In this document: in pieces, positions 22,656 to 36,219 of the stretch
How the letters are laid out: each line of letters starts with the position of its first letter
Position numbering within the stretch: the stretch's first letter is position 1
From: Macrostomum lignano
Taxonomy: Eukaryota
Reading direction: 5' to 3'
Assembly (NCBI GenBank): GCA_002269645.1
Contig: NIVC01000042.1
Coordinates: forward strand, 434,001 to 498,000
Length of the DNA: 64,000 nt
The notes under the pieces: generated by a model
Database searches by the model: none
Told to the model about the DNA's origin: nothing
What the model saw: the letters and a program-made list of their open reading frames with translations, nothing else
Made by a program: the position numbers and the translations under genes

Positions 22656-23454
22656 GTGGAACAGCAATAGTTTTCAATTTTCAAATTTTGGGTCATGGGA
22701 AAGTTTTAGTATTCTTACTTTTCTAATTTCTGTTAAAATTTCAACTGAAATTCGACCTCAAACGAGAAGTTAATTAACTTAAAACCTGTAAAAATCAAAC
22801 CTGGAAATCTAGAATGAAAATTGCGCGGACACCCTGATTGTAAGACCTGTATCTAAGAGTCTGTAAACTCTTTGCAAGAGAAGAGGTGGTATGCAGAACC
22901 TGTGGTGAAACTTTAAACCGGTCATCCTCTTTCGGTTTTCTTCAAGCGACACACGTTGACTCTTCCAGCCAACCATCGAGCGGTCTGGCCAGTCTAAAAC
23001 TTTTTGCGTAGCCTTTCTCTTCCCCTCACGGCTTCAGCCTTCAATTTAAAGTGCATCCTGTGTTGCACAGATTCTCTCTCTAGATGAACGATGAATAGTC
23101 TTACTACGAGCGTAGTATGCGGATAGAGCGTTGATGTTAATTGTGCGTGTTGTATAAAAGCTTCTAAGTAAAGTCTTACTGTACTGTAAAGGGATTTTAT
23201 TGCAACTACTGGTCGAGGAGAACCATAATTACAATGGGAAGGTGTTAATTTCTTAGAAATCATCTTAAGATATGCTAGGATTAGCTTAGTAATAGACGGA
23301 ACTAAGTAGAGACTTAAGATGAACTTTGCAACCGGTTTCTGTAGGCAGGGGTCGCCAAAATCCAGCCCGCGAAGCCTCTCTATCCGGCCCTCGGGTCCTT
23401 TGAAACTTCACAATGGCAATTCGGCCCGCTCGATGTTTGTGCCTCTTCTCAGCT

Positions 23455-23815
23455 CTTTCTCTAATCTCTCCTTTCTCCTCTCCTTTCTCCTCTCCCTCTT
23501 CCCTATTTCTCCTCATCTCCCCTCTCTCCTCTCCCCCTTTCTCTCCTCTCGATCTCTCCCCTCGTCTCCCCTCTCTCCTCTTTCCTCTCATCTCCCCTCC
23601 CCCTCCCCCTCCCCCTTTCCTCTCTCCCCTCGTCTCCCCTCTCTCCTCTTTCCTCTCATCTCCCCTCCCCCTCCCCTCTCCCCCCTTTCCTCTCTCCCAT
23701 CGTCTCCCCTCTCCCCTATCTCTCCTCATCTCCCCTCTCCTCTCTCATCTCGCCTCTCTCCTCTCCGCTCCTCCCCTCCCCTTGTCTCCACTCTCCTGTC
23801 TTCTCCCTCTGTCCC
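23455..23815. repeat. CT-rich low-complexity polypyrimidine tract
   Basis: Almost entirely C/T for ~360 bp, with internally duplicated blocks. Confidence 0.9.
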
Positions 23816-24609
23816 GCAGTCATAGTTAGCCGACCCCTGCTGTAGGAGGTAATCTTGGACACGTTTTAATGTTAGTCGGTTTTTAGGTCTGCAGCAAATG
23901 ACACTCTAGACAGTTAAAACCGTTCTCATTCTTAACGAGTTTATTAAAGAAAAAATACTGTATATATTTTTCTTGAAGTATTTAATTAGATTTGCCTGAG
24001 TGCAGAGCTCAATGCTCGATGCTTTACACACACGCGCGCACACACACTCCGTCAAGCTAAGGTGAGTCAGATACGAAATAATGGTGCCCCAATTTCTTTA
24101 GAACACTGGCACTGTACAGTTCAAGCGAAGAAAAGTGAATGACTGACGGTTAGGCAGGAGAGAGGGAGGTTTCTGTCTCACTACATATATGTTTATCGTT
24201 AATTCAACTCAAAGACTCACTCTAATGCTCTGCTGAATTTGTGCGACTGCCCACACGTCCATAGAGATTCATTGTCCATTCTACTCAAAGCCTACTGTGC
24301 TTTAAGCCTCGTATATGCCTCTAACTAATGGAAAGAAAGAAAAGAACGCGTGTGTGTGTTTTTCTCCAGCCACGCTGCAAACCTTGCCTGTGGTATGGCG
24401 CTCTGCCCGTGTCTAGATAGTAGCTACATGTATCTAGACTTATAAATATACGAGTACTATAGACAGAATTATCAACCAACTGCCATTGGTAAATTACAGC
24501 GAATGCGTTAAGCCAACCGCGAGCATGAAAAAGTACTGTACTATCAATTGTCGTACGGCATCAGGGGGCTTAGTTACATGTAGAATCTTTCTTTGCTGGG
24601 AGAGGGTAG

Positions 24610-25775
24610 CAGAGCTACACTGTAAGATGGCGCCAGAGCTACACTGTAAGATGGCGCCAGAGCTACACTGTAAGAGGGCGCCAGAGCTACACTGTGAAAG
24701 AGCGCCAGAGCTACACTGTAAAAAAGCGCCAGAGCTACACTGTGAAAGAGCGCCAGAGCTATACTGTGAAAGAGCGCCAGAGCTATACTAATAGGGCACC
24801 AGAGCTATGCTGTAAAAGATCGCCAGAGCTACACTGTAAGATGGCGCCAGAGCTACACTGTAAGATGGCGCCAGAGCTACACTGTAAAAAAGCGCCAGAG
24901 CTACACTGTGAAAGAGCGCCAGAGCTATACTGTGAAAGAGCGCCAGAGCTATACTGTAAGAGGGCGCCAGAGCTACACTGTGAAAGAGCGCCAGAGCTAC
25001 ACTGTAAAAAAGCGCCAGAGCTACACTGTGAAAGAGCGCCAGAGCTATACTGTGAAAGAGCGCCAGAGCTATACTAATAGGGCACCAGAGCTATGCTGTA
25101 AAAGATCGCCAGAGCTACACTGTAAGATGGCGCCACAGCTACACTGTAAGATGGCGCCACAGCTACACTGTAAGATGGCGCCAGAGCTACACTGTAAGAT
25201 GGCGCCAGAGCTACACTGTAAGATGGCGCCAGAGCTACACTGTGAAAGAGCGCCAGAGCTACACTGTAAAAAAGCGCCAGAGCTACACTGTGAAAGAGCG
25301 CCAGAGCTATACTGTGAAAGAGCGCCAGAGCTATACTAATAGGGCACCAGAGCTATGCTGTAAAAGATCGCCAGAGCTATACTGTAAGATGGCGCCAGAG
25401 CTACACTGTAAGACGGCGCCAGAGCTACACTGTAAAAGAGCGCCAGAGCTACACTGTGAAAGAGCGCCAGAGCTACACTGTAAAAGAGTGCCAGAGCTAT
25501 ACTGTGAAAGAGCGCCAGAGCTATACTTTAAAAGAGCGCCAGAGCTATACTGTAAAAGAGTGCCAGAGCTATACTGTAAGAGAGTGCCAGAGCTATACTG
25601 TGAAAGAGCGCCAGAGCTATACTGTGAAAGAGCGCCAGAGCTATACTGTAAGAGAGTGCCAGAGCTATACTGTAAGAGAGTGCCAGAGCTATACTGTCAG
25701 AGAGTGCCAGAGCTATACTGTCAGAGAGTGCCAGAGCTATACTGTAAAAGAGTGCCAGAGCTATACTGTAATAGA
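24610..25775. repeat. 24-bp minisatellite (GAGCTACACTGTAAGATGGCGCCA)n with higher-order structure
   Basis: 24-bp period. A diagnostic shorter monomer (CTAATAGGGCACC) recurs at 24789, 25075 and 25337. Confidence 0.93.
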
Positions 25776-26654
25776 GTGCTATATACTAAGTTGACAGTAA
25801 ATTTATTGGGCTTACACGCGCTATGACACCAAAATCCTCTGGCTTAGCCAAAAGTACATAAGTTTTTTCTACACTTTTGGTAATTTATTTCTCGTTGCAG
25901 TTTGCATGTTGAGTATGCTTAGTTCATCTCGCGGGACACAACGGGGCCAAACTACGTAAATCTATCTGTATATATGCGATATGCATATCGATTGTTTAGC
26001 ATAATTCAATTTGTTTCAACTTACCTCTCTCTCTCCCCTTCTCTTCTTAGCTCGAACTAAGGATGAGTAAGGTGAACGCATCAGGTCCATCTGTTTATTT
26101 TATCTGTTCAGGTTCCTCTAAACTCTTGTCTGAATTTGTTCAAAAAGCTAAAGCAAATTATGCTTTTCTTTTTTATTTTCGTCCTTTGAAAGGTTGTTAA
26201 TGAATTATTTATCAGGAAGAAAATGAAGAGAAAGACAAGACAGCACAGTGTGGTCAATTTTTTCTTAAAATCAAAGAGTTTGAACATGGGGTTTTAAGGC
26301 TTTCCATTCTGCATATTGGTGTTTTGACGAGTCCCGAAAATCTCCCTTCAGCTCGAGTATAGCTGCTTAGTTGCATTCTAAATGAGATTCAATTGATGCA
26401 ATGTCAAAATTGGGGCAGCACACACCCGACTCGCAAGCACGAGCTTGCGGCTTGATGCATAATTTATATCTGATTTTTATTCATATTTCTCCCACTTTGG
26501 AATTTTTTCTTTTTATTTGATTTATTAATTTATTGCGTTCAACAAGGTTTATTATAGGAATTAAATATGGCAGTCATGTTAATATTGAAGTGGGCATTCA
26601 TTAAATCCCTCAAAAATTCCGTTATGCTCATACGCCAGACTCGATCCCCAGGTC

Positions 26655-27560
26655 CTAAATAATCCTCTCAAATCCTAAATAATCCTCTCAAATCCCAAAT
26701 AATTCTCTCAAATCCCAAATAACCCTCTCAAATCCCAAATAATCCTCTCAAATCCCAAATAGTCCTCTCAAATCCCAAATAATCCTCTCAAATCCCAAAT
26801 AATCCTCTCAAATCCCAAATAATCCTCATAAATCCTAAATAATCCTCTCAAATCTCAAATAGTCCTCTCAAATCCCAAATAATCCTCTCAAATCCCAAAT
26901 AATCCTCTCAAATCCCAAATAATCCTCTCGAATCCTAAATAATCCTCTCAAATCTCAAATAGTCCTCTCAAATCCCAAATAAATCCTCTCAACTCCCAAA
27001 TAATCCTCTCAAATCCCAAATAATCCCTCAAATCCCAAATAACCCTCTCAAATCCCAAATAATCCTCTCAAATCTCAAATAGTCCTCTCAAATTCCAAAT
27101 AATCCTCTCAAATCTCAAATAGTCCTCTCAAATCCCAAATAATCCTCTCAAATCCCAAATAACCCTCTCAAATCCCAAATAATCCTCTCAAATCTCAAAT
27201 AGTCCTCTCAAATTCCAAATAATCCTCTCAAATCTCAAATAGTCCTCTCAAATCCCAAATAATCCTCTCAAATCCCAAATAACCCTCTCAAATCCCAAAT
27301 AATCCTCTCAAATCTCAAATAGTCCTCTCAAATTCCAAATAATCCTCTCAAATTCCAAATAATCCTCTCAAATCCCAAATAATCCTCTCAAATCCCAAAT
27401 AGTCCTCTCAAATCCTAAATAATCCTCTCAAATCCTATATAATCCTCTCAAATCCCAAATAATCCTCTCAAATCCCAAATAATCCTCTCGAATCTCAGAT
27501 AATCTCAAGTCCTAAAAATAATCCTCTAAAATTCCAGATAATCCTCTTAAATTCCATATA
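26655..27560. repeat. 20-bp minisatellite (AATCCTCTCAAATCCCAAAT)n ending just before MCU exon 2
   Basis: 20-bp period, about 45 copies. Confidence 0.95.
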
Positions 27561-27609
27561 CTCTTAATCCCAAATGATCCCCAAATTCCAACTTGGTCAC
27601 ACGCACCAG

Positions 27610-27875
27610 ACGGCCTCCGCATCGCGGGCTCCGACTCCATCGAGAGTCTGCTCCGCCGCGACTTCGATGTCCAGCTTAACGACCAGCGCTTCGCCGTCAC
27701 CGTGCCGGAGTCGCCTGTCGTGACTCATGAGAGCGTCGACCAGCTTGCCGATGTGAAGGCCATGATTTCCCAGCTGCACTCCGCTCTGAACACGCCTGAA
27801 TACCAACTGGCCAAGGAGAAGGAGCTCATGCAGCAGCTGCAGGATCTGCAGTTGCAACTGGAACCCATGGAGGCT
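27610..27875 (+). CDS. MCU: Mitochondrial calcium uniporter, exon 2
   Basis: Acceptor CCAG|; G+AC gives D, then GLRIAGSDSIESLLRRDFDVQLND...KEKELMQQLQDLQLQLEPMEA (coiled coil). Donor |GTGAGT, phase 0. Confidence 0.9.
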
Positions 27876-27989
27876 GTGAGTTGCCGTTTCACAATGTTTA
27901 TATATTCATTCATCCACTTTTAATGGGTCTACGTGTGCGCATTGAGCGCTTCAGGTGCGCCTTTGGCTTTGTTGTACCGTTGTTGGGCA

Positions 27990-28850
27990 CCCTGTCACCC
28001 ATTTTACACCCCCTGTCGCCCATTTCACACCCCCTGTCACCCATTTCAGCCCCCCGTCACCCATTTCACACCCCTGTCACCCATTTCAGCCCCCCGTCAC
28101 CCATTTCACACCCCCTGTCACCCATTTCACACCCCTGTCACCCATTTCAGCCCCCCGTCACCCATTTCAGCCCCCCCTGTCACCTATTTCACACCCCCTG
28201 TCACCCATTTCACACCCCCTGTCACCCATTTCACACCCCTGTCACCCATTTCAGCCCCCCGTCACCCATTTCAGCCCCCCCCCGTCACCCATTTCAGCCC
28301 CCCCTGTCACCCATTTCAGCTCCCCCCGTCACCCATTTCAGCTCCCCCTGTCACCCATTTCAGCTCCCCCTGTCACCCATTTCAGCTCCCTCTCCGGCAC
28401 CCATTTCAGCTCCCCCTGTCACCCATTTCAGCCCCCGTCACCCATTTCAGCTCCCCCTGTCACCCATTTCAGCTCCCCCTGTCACCCATTTCAGCTCCCC
28501 CTGTCACCCATTTCAGCTCCCCCTGTCACCCATTTCAGCTCCCCCTGTCACCCATTTCAGCTCCCCCCTGTCACCCATTTCAGCTCCCCCTGTCACCCAT
28601 TTCAGCTCCCCCTGTCACCCATTTCAGCTCCCCCTGTCACCCATTTCAGCTCCCCCTGTCACCCGTTTCAGCTCCCCCCTGTCACCCATTTCAGCTCCCT
28701 CTGTCACCCATTTCAGCTCCCCCCTGTCACCCATTTCAGCTCCCCCTGTCACCCGTTTCAGCTCCCCCCTGTCACCCATTTCAGCTCCCTCTGTCACCCA
28801 TTTCAGCTCCCCCCTGTCACCCATTTCAGCTCCCCCCTGTCACCCATATT
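27990..28850. repeat. ~22-23-bp C-rich minisatellite (TGTCACCCATTTCAGCTCCCCC)n in MCU intron 2
   Basis: Directly visible tandem array with variable C-run length. Confidence 0.93.
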
Positions 28851-29522
28851 GTGAAGCGCGCCCCTGAGAACCCAGAAAAATTGGTACTGAATTGGACCGT
28901 TTCTGAAGTTAATAAAGTATCCACATTTTCTTAGTTTTACGGATTGAATGAGCATGTTATAGCATTTTCCATCTACAAATGGATTACTGAGAGGACCTAC
29001 GTGTGGACAGTAAAGAATATTAAACTAATTAGTTGTAAGTAGTATACTAGTATGCATAGTATAGATAGTTGTTGGCGGCGCCTTCTGTTTAACACTGGCA
29101 TTAGTCAGTGTGGTGAGTTGTGTTGCAGTGCAGTTGGTTAAATCTGACAAAATTCCCTGATTATCTAGCAAGTCATGGGGGAAATTTCCCAAAGCCTGAT
29201 ATTGCTCGAATTTCCTAAGAGATTCGACTGACTTTATGGAGAGCTCAACTCTCCACGATAGTTAATCTGAGTGGGTAACTGCTCTAGATAGTTTGAGGGA
29301 ACTTTCCTCTTTCTCTCTCTATACGAGAAAACTTTCCATGTTGGTTAGCTTTGATTTGCTTCGCCAATAAGCTCGTAAGCCCTGAACAGTCGGCCTGCAG
29401 GCTTTCACATTAATTAGAGTTGTTGCCGGGCTGTCTGTCCGGCACCGGACTCGCTTCACTGCTTGCCTGCGGATGAATATGCGTAGTAGCTGGCTGTCTG
29501 TTGCTGCGTTTGCGTTAGTGTT

Positions 29523-29838
<316 letters not shown>

Positions 29839-30846
29839 GAGATAGAGAGATGAGAAACACGCAAAATCACAAATTTTATTGAGCTAGCTATATATGAAAT
29901 ATTATTATTAGCCAGAGGAGAGAGAGAGGGAGGGAGGGAACGGACTGAGACTTACGAACGGTCTGTGTGTCTATCTGTCCGTCTCTGTGTGCTTTAGTTT
30001 TGTCCGTCTTTCTGACTTAATGATGACTCTCTGCCTGTTAGTCTATCTGTATGTATCTCTGCCTGTCGATTTGGCTTTTCTGTATGAGTAACCCTATATG
30101 TGATTGTCTATTTGCAAAGCTTTCAACTGTCTGTCCTTTAACCAGCTGCTGTGTCTGTCTTACTTTAGGCTGCACGCAATTATCCATAAATTAGAGCGAG
30201 TCAGCTCAGTCCAGTTGCAGTTGCAGTGAGTCAGATTCTCTTGTCAAGCTCAGACTATCTGCTTCTCCGTTTCTCAAGCAGCAGTAATCAGCATCAGTCG
30301 TTCATGCTTTCTCGAAAAAATCGCGACTTAAACTGTGGGAATGAGGGGGGTTACTGTTAAACTAACTGGTTGCTCCGGTTTCTTGACAGTCATCAACTCG
30401 CCTGCTCGTAATTCGCTTCTAGGCCTACACAGTACACAGCGACTCGTGGGATGGATGGGCCAGAGAACGCAAACATTTGAGCCTAAATGTTTGCGTTCTC
30501 TTAGACAAATCGAAGCGCAGGCATAGCAGACTGGCGAGTTTTACAAGTCTCGAAGCGACCAAAGATTAGAAAATATTTTTCCCTAGGTTTCAGACTTACA
30601 TGCCATTCTTAAAAGCGCTTAGCGACGAATTACGTAATTTTCCAAGGTATTCTATAAATAGCTTAACGACTGACGTCATTCGCTATGGCGTTCTAAAAAT
30701 AGCTCGGCGTATGGCGTCATCTCTATGACATTCTAAAAATAGCTCAGCGGCTGACGTCATTCTCTATAACATTCTAAAAATAGCTCATCGTCCGGCTTTG
30801 TTCTGTAAAAACATTTGCCTCACTTTTCGCTACGTCCGCTCCTCAG

Positions 30847-31050
30847 ATTCGCGGCCAACTAGCTGAGAAGGCCTCCCGTCGGACCAGGATTCTCACCTGG
30901 CTGAGCCTGTCCTACATGGGCGTGCAGTTCGGCGTGCTTGCCCGGCTAACCTGGTGGGAATACAGCTGGGATATTATGGAGCCGGTCACGTACTTTGTTG
31001 GCTACGGCACGGCCATAGCCTGCTATGCCTACTATGTGCTCACTAAGCAG
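30847..31050 (+). CDS. MCU: Mitochondrial calcium uniporter, exon 3 (TM1 - WDIMEP - TM2)
   Basis: CTCAG|[68 protein letters not shown]|GTAAG. The DIME filter is intact (WDIMEP at 30967-30984). This exon is absent from the ORF track. Confidence 0.97.
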
Positions 31051-31174
31051 GTAAGAGGTCTTTGTTGATTGGATCATTTTATTGCTTAAATAGCAGTCTT
31101 TAGAACCTACGTTATAGGATAAAATTGTTCTGTAAAAACTTGGACGAGAATCGTCCAAAGCTACCATCAAATGC

Positions 31175-32005
31175 TAAACCTCACTGAGAATCCCCCCTAA
31201 ACCTCACTGAGAATCGCCCCTAAACCTCACTGTGAATCGCCCCTAAACCTCAGAGAATCGCCCCTAAACCTCACTGAGAATCGCCCCTAAACCTCACTGA
31301 GAATCCCCCCTAAACCTCACTGAGAATCGCCCCTAAACTTCACTGATAATCCCCCCTAAACCTCACTGAGAATCCCCCTAAACCTCACTGAGAATCGCCC
31401 CTAAATCTCACTGAGAATCCCCCTAAACCTCACTGAGAATCGCCCCTAAATCTCACTGATAATCCCCCCTAAACCTCACTGAGAATCGCCCCTAAACTTC
31501 ACTGATAATCCCCCCTAAACCTCACTGAGAATCCCCCTAAACCTCACTGAGAATCGCCCCTAAACCTCACTGAGAATCCCCCTAAACCTCACTGAGAATC
31601 GCCCCTAAATCTCACTGATAATCCCCCCTAAACCTCACTGAGAATCGCCCCTAAACCTCACTGAGAATCGCCCCTAAACCTCACTGAGAATCCCCCCTAA
31701 ACCTCACTGAGAATCGCCCCTAAACCTCACTGAGAATCCCCCCTAAACCTCACTGAGAATCCCCCCTAAACCTCACTGAGAATCGCCCCTAAACCTCACT
31801 GAGAATCGCCCCTAAACCTCACTGAGAATCGCCCCTAAACCTCACTGAGAATCGCCCCTAAACCTCACTGAGAATCGCCCCTAAACCTCACTGAGAATCG
31901 CCCCTAAACCTCACTGAGAATCGCCCCTAAACCTCACTGAGAATCCCCCCTAAACCTCACTGAGAATCGCCCCTAAAACCTCACTGAGAATCGCCCCTAA
32001 AGCCC
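31175..32005. repeat. 23-bp minisatellite (TAAACCTCACTGAGAATCGCCCC)n in MCU intron 3
   Basis: Period 23 (GAGAATC at 31801 and 31824); about 36 copies. Confidence 0.95.
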
Positions 32006-32404
32006 CTAAGCTATCGCTCGATCTCCTATCCACCCTATTCCTTCGAGCGTACTTGCCCTCGGTACTTAATTCATCATCTCTGTTATCTCAAAACTCTCAC
32101 CGCACTCTCGTAAAAGACTCCCTTTTCGCTGGCCATAATGCAGTCCGGCCCTCTTGATATTGATTCTTTAGGAAAAAAAATTCTCTTGCTTCCATCTTCG
32201 TCTTCCTCTTACGAGTAGGCCCTATCTAGTTCGTTTCCCCCCTAGGGATTACTATACATCGCTAGATCCCATGGATTCGTCTCGTCTCGGAACTCTGCTC
32301 TTCTGCTCTTTGATGTACCGGTACGTATGCCGGCCACTTAATTCTTGAGTCGGATGTTCCAGGCCCTTATCTCTCTCGCTAAGCCCGATGTACTTTCTAA
32401 CTTT

Positions 32405-33050
32405 CAGCTCGCTGGATGCTTAAGTTCTGTGGGGAATCCGTTTGCTGTATGCTTAAGTGCGGTGGAGAATCCCCTTGCTCGATGCTTAAGTGCAATGGGG
32501 AATCTTCTTGCTGGATGCTTAAGTGCAATGGGGAATCCCCTTGCTGGATGCTTAAGTGCAATGGGGAATCCCCTTGCTAGATGCTTGTGTGCGGTGGGGA
32601 ATCCCCTTGCTGGATGCTTAAGTGCGGTAGGGAATCGCCTTGCTGGATGCGTGTGTGCGGTGGGGAATCCGTTTTGCTGGATGCTTTAGTGCGATGGGGA
32701 ATCGCCTTGCTGGATGCGTGTGTGCGGTAGGGAATCACCTTGTTTGATGCTTAAGTGCGGTAGGGAATCACCTTGCTGGATGCTTGTGTGCGGTGGGGAA
32801 TCCCCTTTGCTGGATGCTTGTGTGCGGTGGGGAATCCCTTATGCTGGATGCTTGTGTGCCGTAAGGATTCCCTTTCGCTGGATGCTTGTGTGCCGTAAGG
32901 ATTCCCTTTCGCTGGATGCTTGTCTGCGGTCGGGAATCCCTTTTGCTGAATTCTTAAGTGCGGTGGGGAATCCCCTTGCTGACTGCTTATGATGAATACC
33001 CGTACTCGATGCTTGAGTTCAGTTGGGAAATCCCCTTACTGGATGCCTGT
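32405..33050. repeat. Degenerate 33-bp minisatellite (TGCTGGATGCTTAAGTGCAATGGGGAATCCCCT)n in MCU intron 3
   Basis: Recurrent GCTGGATGCTT...GGGGAATCCCC at roughly 33-bp spacing. Confidence 0.85.
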
Positions 33051-33186
33051 CCAAGGGCGTGCCTTAAACCTGGATGTCGTTTATAAAGGAAATTCTCATT
33101 AATAATGATAAGGCGTCTAAACAGGCTTCTACTCTTGGACTCTCAGTTGCCACCGCCCCCCCCCCCCCAATGCCCCGCCAACGCAG

Positions 33187-33399
33187 GAGTACACTTTCCC
33201 GGCCGTGTGGGACCGCGAGTATTTGAAGAAATTCTACAAAGACGCCGACAAGAGCAGCTTCAATGTTGAACAGTACAACGAGCTTCGCCAGCGAATCAAC
33301 GACGTCCAGTCCGACCTGCGGCGGCTGCGCGACCCCCTGATGCTTGGCCTGCCGCTGCAGCAGGAGAAACTGATGAAGCCGCAGCCAGAGCAGCAGTAA
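33187..33399 (+). CDS. MCU: Mitochondrial calcium uniporter, exon 4 (terminal)
   Basis: GCAG|EYTFPAVWDREYLKKFYKDADKSSFNVEQYNELR...LRRLRDPL...*. The four exons total 954 nt, giving 317 aa plus stop, with consistent phases. Confidence 0.92.
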   Translation, partial: EYTFPAVWDREYLKKFYKDADKSSFNVEQYNELRQRINDVQSDLRRLRDPLMLGLPLQQEKLMKPQPEQQ

Positions 33400-35437
33400 A
33401 CCGAACTGTAGGCGTGTTTTAACAGTCGCGTTGCTCGATAGTGAAAGATTCAAATTCATCAACATATTTATTTACTATTTATATAGGGTTTTTTCGAATG
33501 TGTGTACAAGATTTATGACAAAAATATAGGTAGACACCACAGATGCTATTCTAAAGAGATGATTTTTTAGTATAAATTTTTGCCTGTTTTGGTGCATAGT
33601 TGCTATCTGTGGTAGAATCCATCACCTGGAAATGCAAAACAATTTACAGCAGTTCCTGACTGACTTTCTGCTGCTACTGTAGCGCATTGCTGATGCTCTG
33701 CTCTTCTCTCTCCGTCTGTCGCGCGTCTGGACTTTCGCTGCATCATTTTTCGAGGCTGAGCGATAAAAATTTTACTTTTGGTTAATTAATAAATTAAGCT
33801 ACCTGTTTTCATTGACAATATTTTTCATCTCGACACGCGGGGGAAACGGTTCTCAATTTTTGGTCAACTACTAATAGTAACTTGTTATCGCAGCTGGCTG
33901 TGAATTGAGATGGTCTGACGTAATCTAGTATATCTATAACTAACCTGCCTAGGCTATCCTGGTAATCATTTACTAGCAATATCGTATACTGGATAATTAT
34001 GTGTTTTATACGTACTGGCTGGTTAGCGTGCGTTGCGGCATTCGTTTATGTTATCAATTGTTTTCGGTTTCCACAAAAATGAAGAGAAGTGCCTTGTACT
34101 TATTTATATATATATGTTCGACTCCAACTTCTCTCTCCCTCTCTCGATCCCTCTGCTTGCGCCATCTGCCGTTGGATTTAAACATGCAAAACACATTGAT
34201 TTTCTCCTGTTTATTCTTGTATTCATTTAATTTTTCCTCCTAGCAACAAAACAACCGTTTATGTTTCATTCTGTTTTGCCTTACAAAATCTCTTTTCTCC
34301 CGTCTGTAACCCTACGAGAAATTACTTTGTCTTTTATTGCTCTAATAATTTCGATTAATGCGATTTGAATCATTTATTTGTTGTAACACTCTTGAGTGCG
34401 CGCACTCTTCTACTTGTGTAAGTAGAAAAGTTAGCGCGTGCAAATATTTTTTTCAAAGATATCAAGATCTCAAGCCTCAACCCGCTCGTTCCACCGATTT
34501 CATTGTATATTCCTCCCGTTTTATGCTGAGTCCTGCTAATGTCTAATATTGGCTATTAGTCAATAATAGCCATATTTATCTCTTATTGTATTGAGCCCTC
34601 TTAGCTTTTTTCTCTCTCCGCCCTAATACGGTAAGCTTCTCTCTCTCTCTCTGACATTATGCTAGCTCGCTAATTATTATTTTGACTTTGATAGAACCGC
34701 ACTATATTTATATTCTAATATATATATACATATTTATTTATTTACTATTCTCCATTGTTTTGACAAAATTAATTAAAAAAGGATGAAAAGAATTTGTCAA
34801 TAAGACGCTTTTTTTCTATCGCCTCTGTGCTGAAAGCAAGCCTGCGTTGTTGTGCATGTTTTAGCTAATTTTTTTAATATGAGAATCTAATATAGTCTAG
34901 CAGCCTAGTGCTCGTGTAGTCGTTGATAGATTTGATAAATTGATTGATTGATCGGTAGGTAGATAGATAGATAAATTGATTGACAGACAGTTTCAAGCCT
35001 CTAAGCTCTTCGTCAGGCCAAGAAAGCGTATAATTGAACGAATATTTTGCTTTTTAATATGATTAATGTTAGTCTGATAAAATAGATGAGTAGGATGTGC
35101 ATATTAACATTTTCTACCTTGCTCTACCTGGCTTTTAACCAGTCAGTTTATTCAACAGAATATTTTGTGTATAAAACAGTTGTGTCATGAATAGACCGTC
35201 GGCTTTCCTGATCAGAAGCGTCGGAAGCTGACCTCAGTCGATGAGGAGCTGACGGTTAGTTTTATTTTGGGGTTGATGGAATTCACGTGTCAAACAAATT
35301 CTGTCAGAGTCTCAGCCGGGTGATCCTAGTGAATAAATATGTGATCTATGAACCTGAAGTAGATGTTTGGCTTATAAAGGAAAGTTCTCTGGGCAGTTTC
35401 CTCCCAGAGGCTCATGAAGAGACAGGCAGCTGGGTGA

Positions 35438-35689
35438 ATATACTCAGCATCATCGAAAAGTCGCCATTACTGAAGATTCCGTCTGTGGTCGCCACTTTTG
35501 AGAGTGCAGGTAAAGTCTCAATCTTTGCGAGTGAGGCAACTTAGCTACGCCGCGGCAGACTTGAGTTGAGGAATGAAGTGAGGGGAGCGGTGTGCGAGGG
35601 TTGGACGGATTAAAGCTCCCCTGATCAGTTTTCTCGTATCTTTGTTTCCTTGTGCATAGAGGGCGACTTTTCAATGTTGCTGAGTATAT
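35438..35689. mobile_element. MITE-like element bounded by 28-bp inverted repeats
   Basis: ATATACTCAGCATCATCGAAAAGTCGCC (35438-35465) versus GGCGACTTTTCAATGTTGCTGAGTATAT (35662-35689), 2 mismatches, with TA at both ends. Confidence 0.45.
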
Positions 35690-36219
35690 CAGAGTCCCAT
35701 GGCTGCGCCTCTAAGTTGTAAGATAATCGTTTCGTCAAATTCAAAGTCATTTATGTTCAGCATAGTTCAAGTAGCTTTATTATCTCAGCATCCGATTTAT
35801 TAGGCTCCCAGGTACCGGTTAAAGAATACCTGGATTGCTGCAATGCCCCTGGTCTATGAGGATCATGGAGTATTGACACTGGATATTACAGGTTGCTTTC
35901 TAATCAGTTTGCTTTTTCTGAGCGAAGTAATTAACACGAGTTGAACAAGTACGGGACGCGGGTTCGTCAATCTCTATACTGTACTGTAGACAAGGCTTTG
36001 CAGCATCAGAGAATCAATTTAATTAACACAGGAATGCCCTGTATTTGAGATTTTTAACTGAAAAGCAATAAATAGTTTTCGCTATAAAACAACAGACGCA
36101 GAATTGTTTTCCCAAAACTGATATCACTAATTAAACGATTCAGCTTAATTTTTTCTCGACAATTGCTCTCACAGAACATTTCACTCCAGATGGAACTATA
36201 GTGCGCAATCGATCTTGCT

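Noticed and set aside
21128-22773. Repetitive ORFs (MGIMGCGTAAVQLKYT, WDSSSAAEIHDGDY and others)
   Set aside because: Artefacts of a 48-bp stop-poor repeat that is open in several frames on both strands inside an MCU intron.
23286-25826. Low-complexity and PELHCK-repeat ORFs
   Set aside because: Translations of the CT tract and the 24-bp minisatellite, with no splice or domain support.
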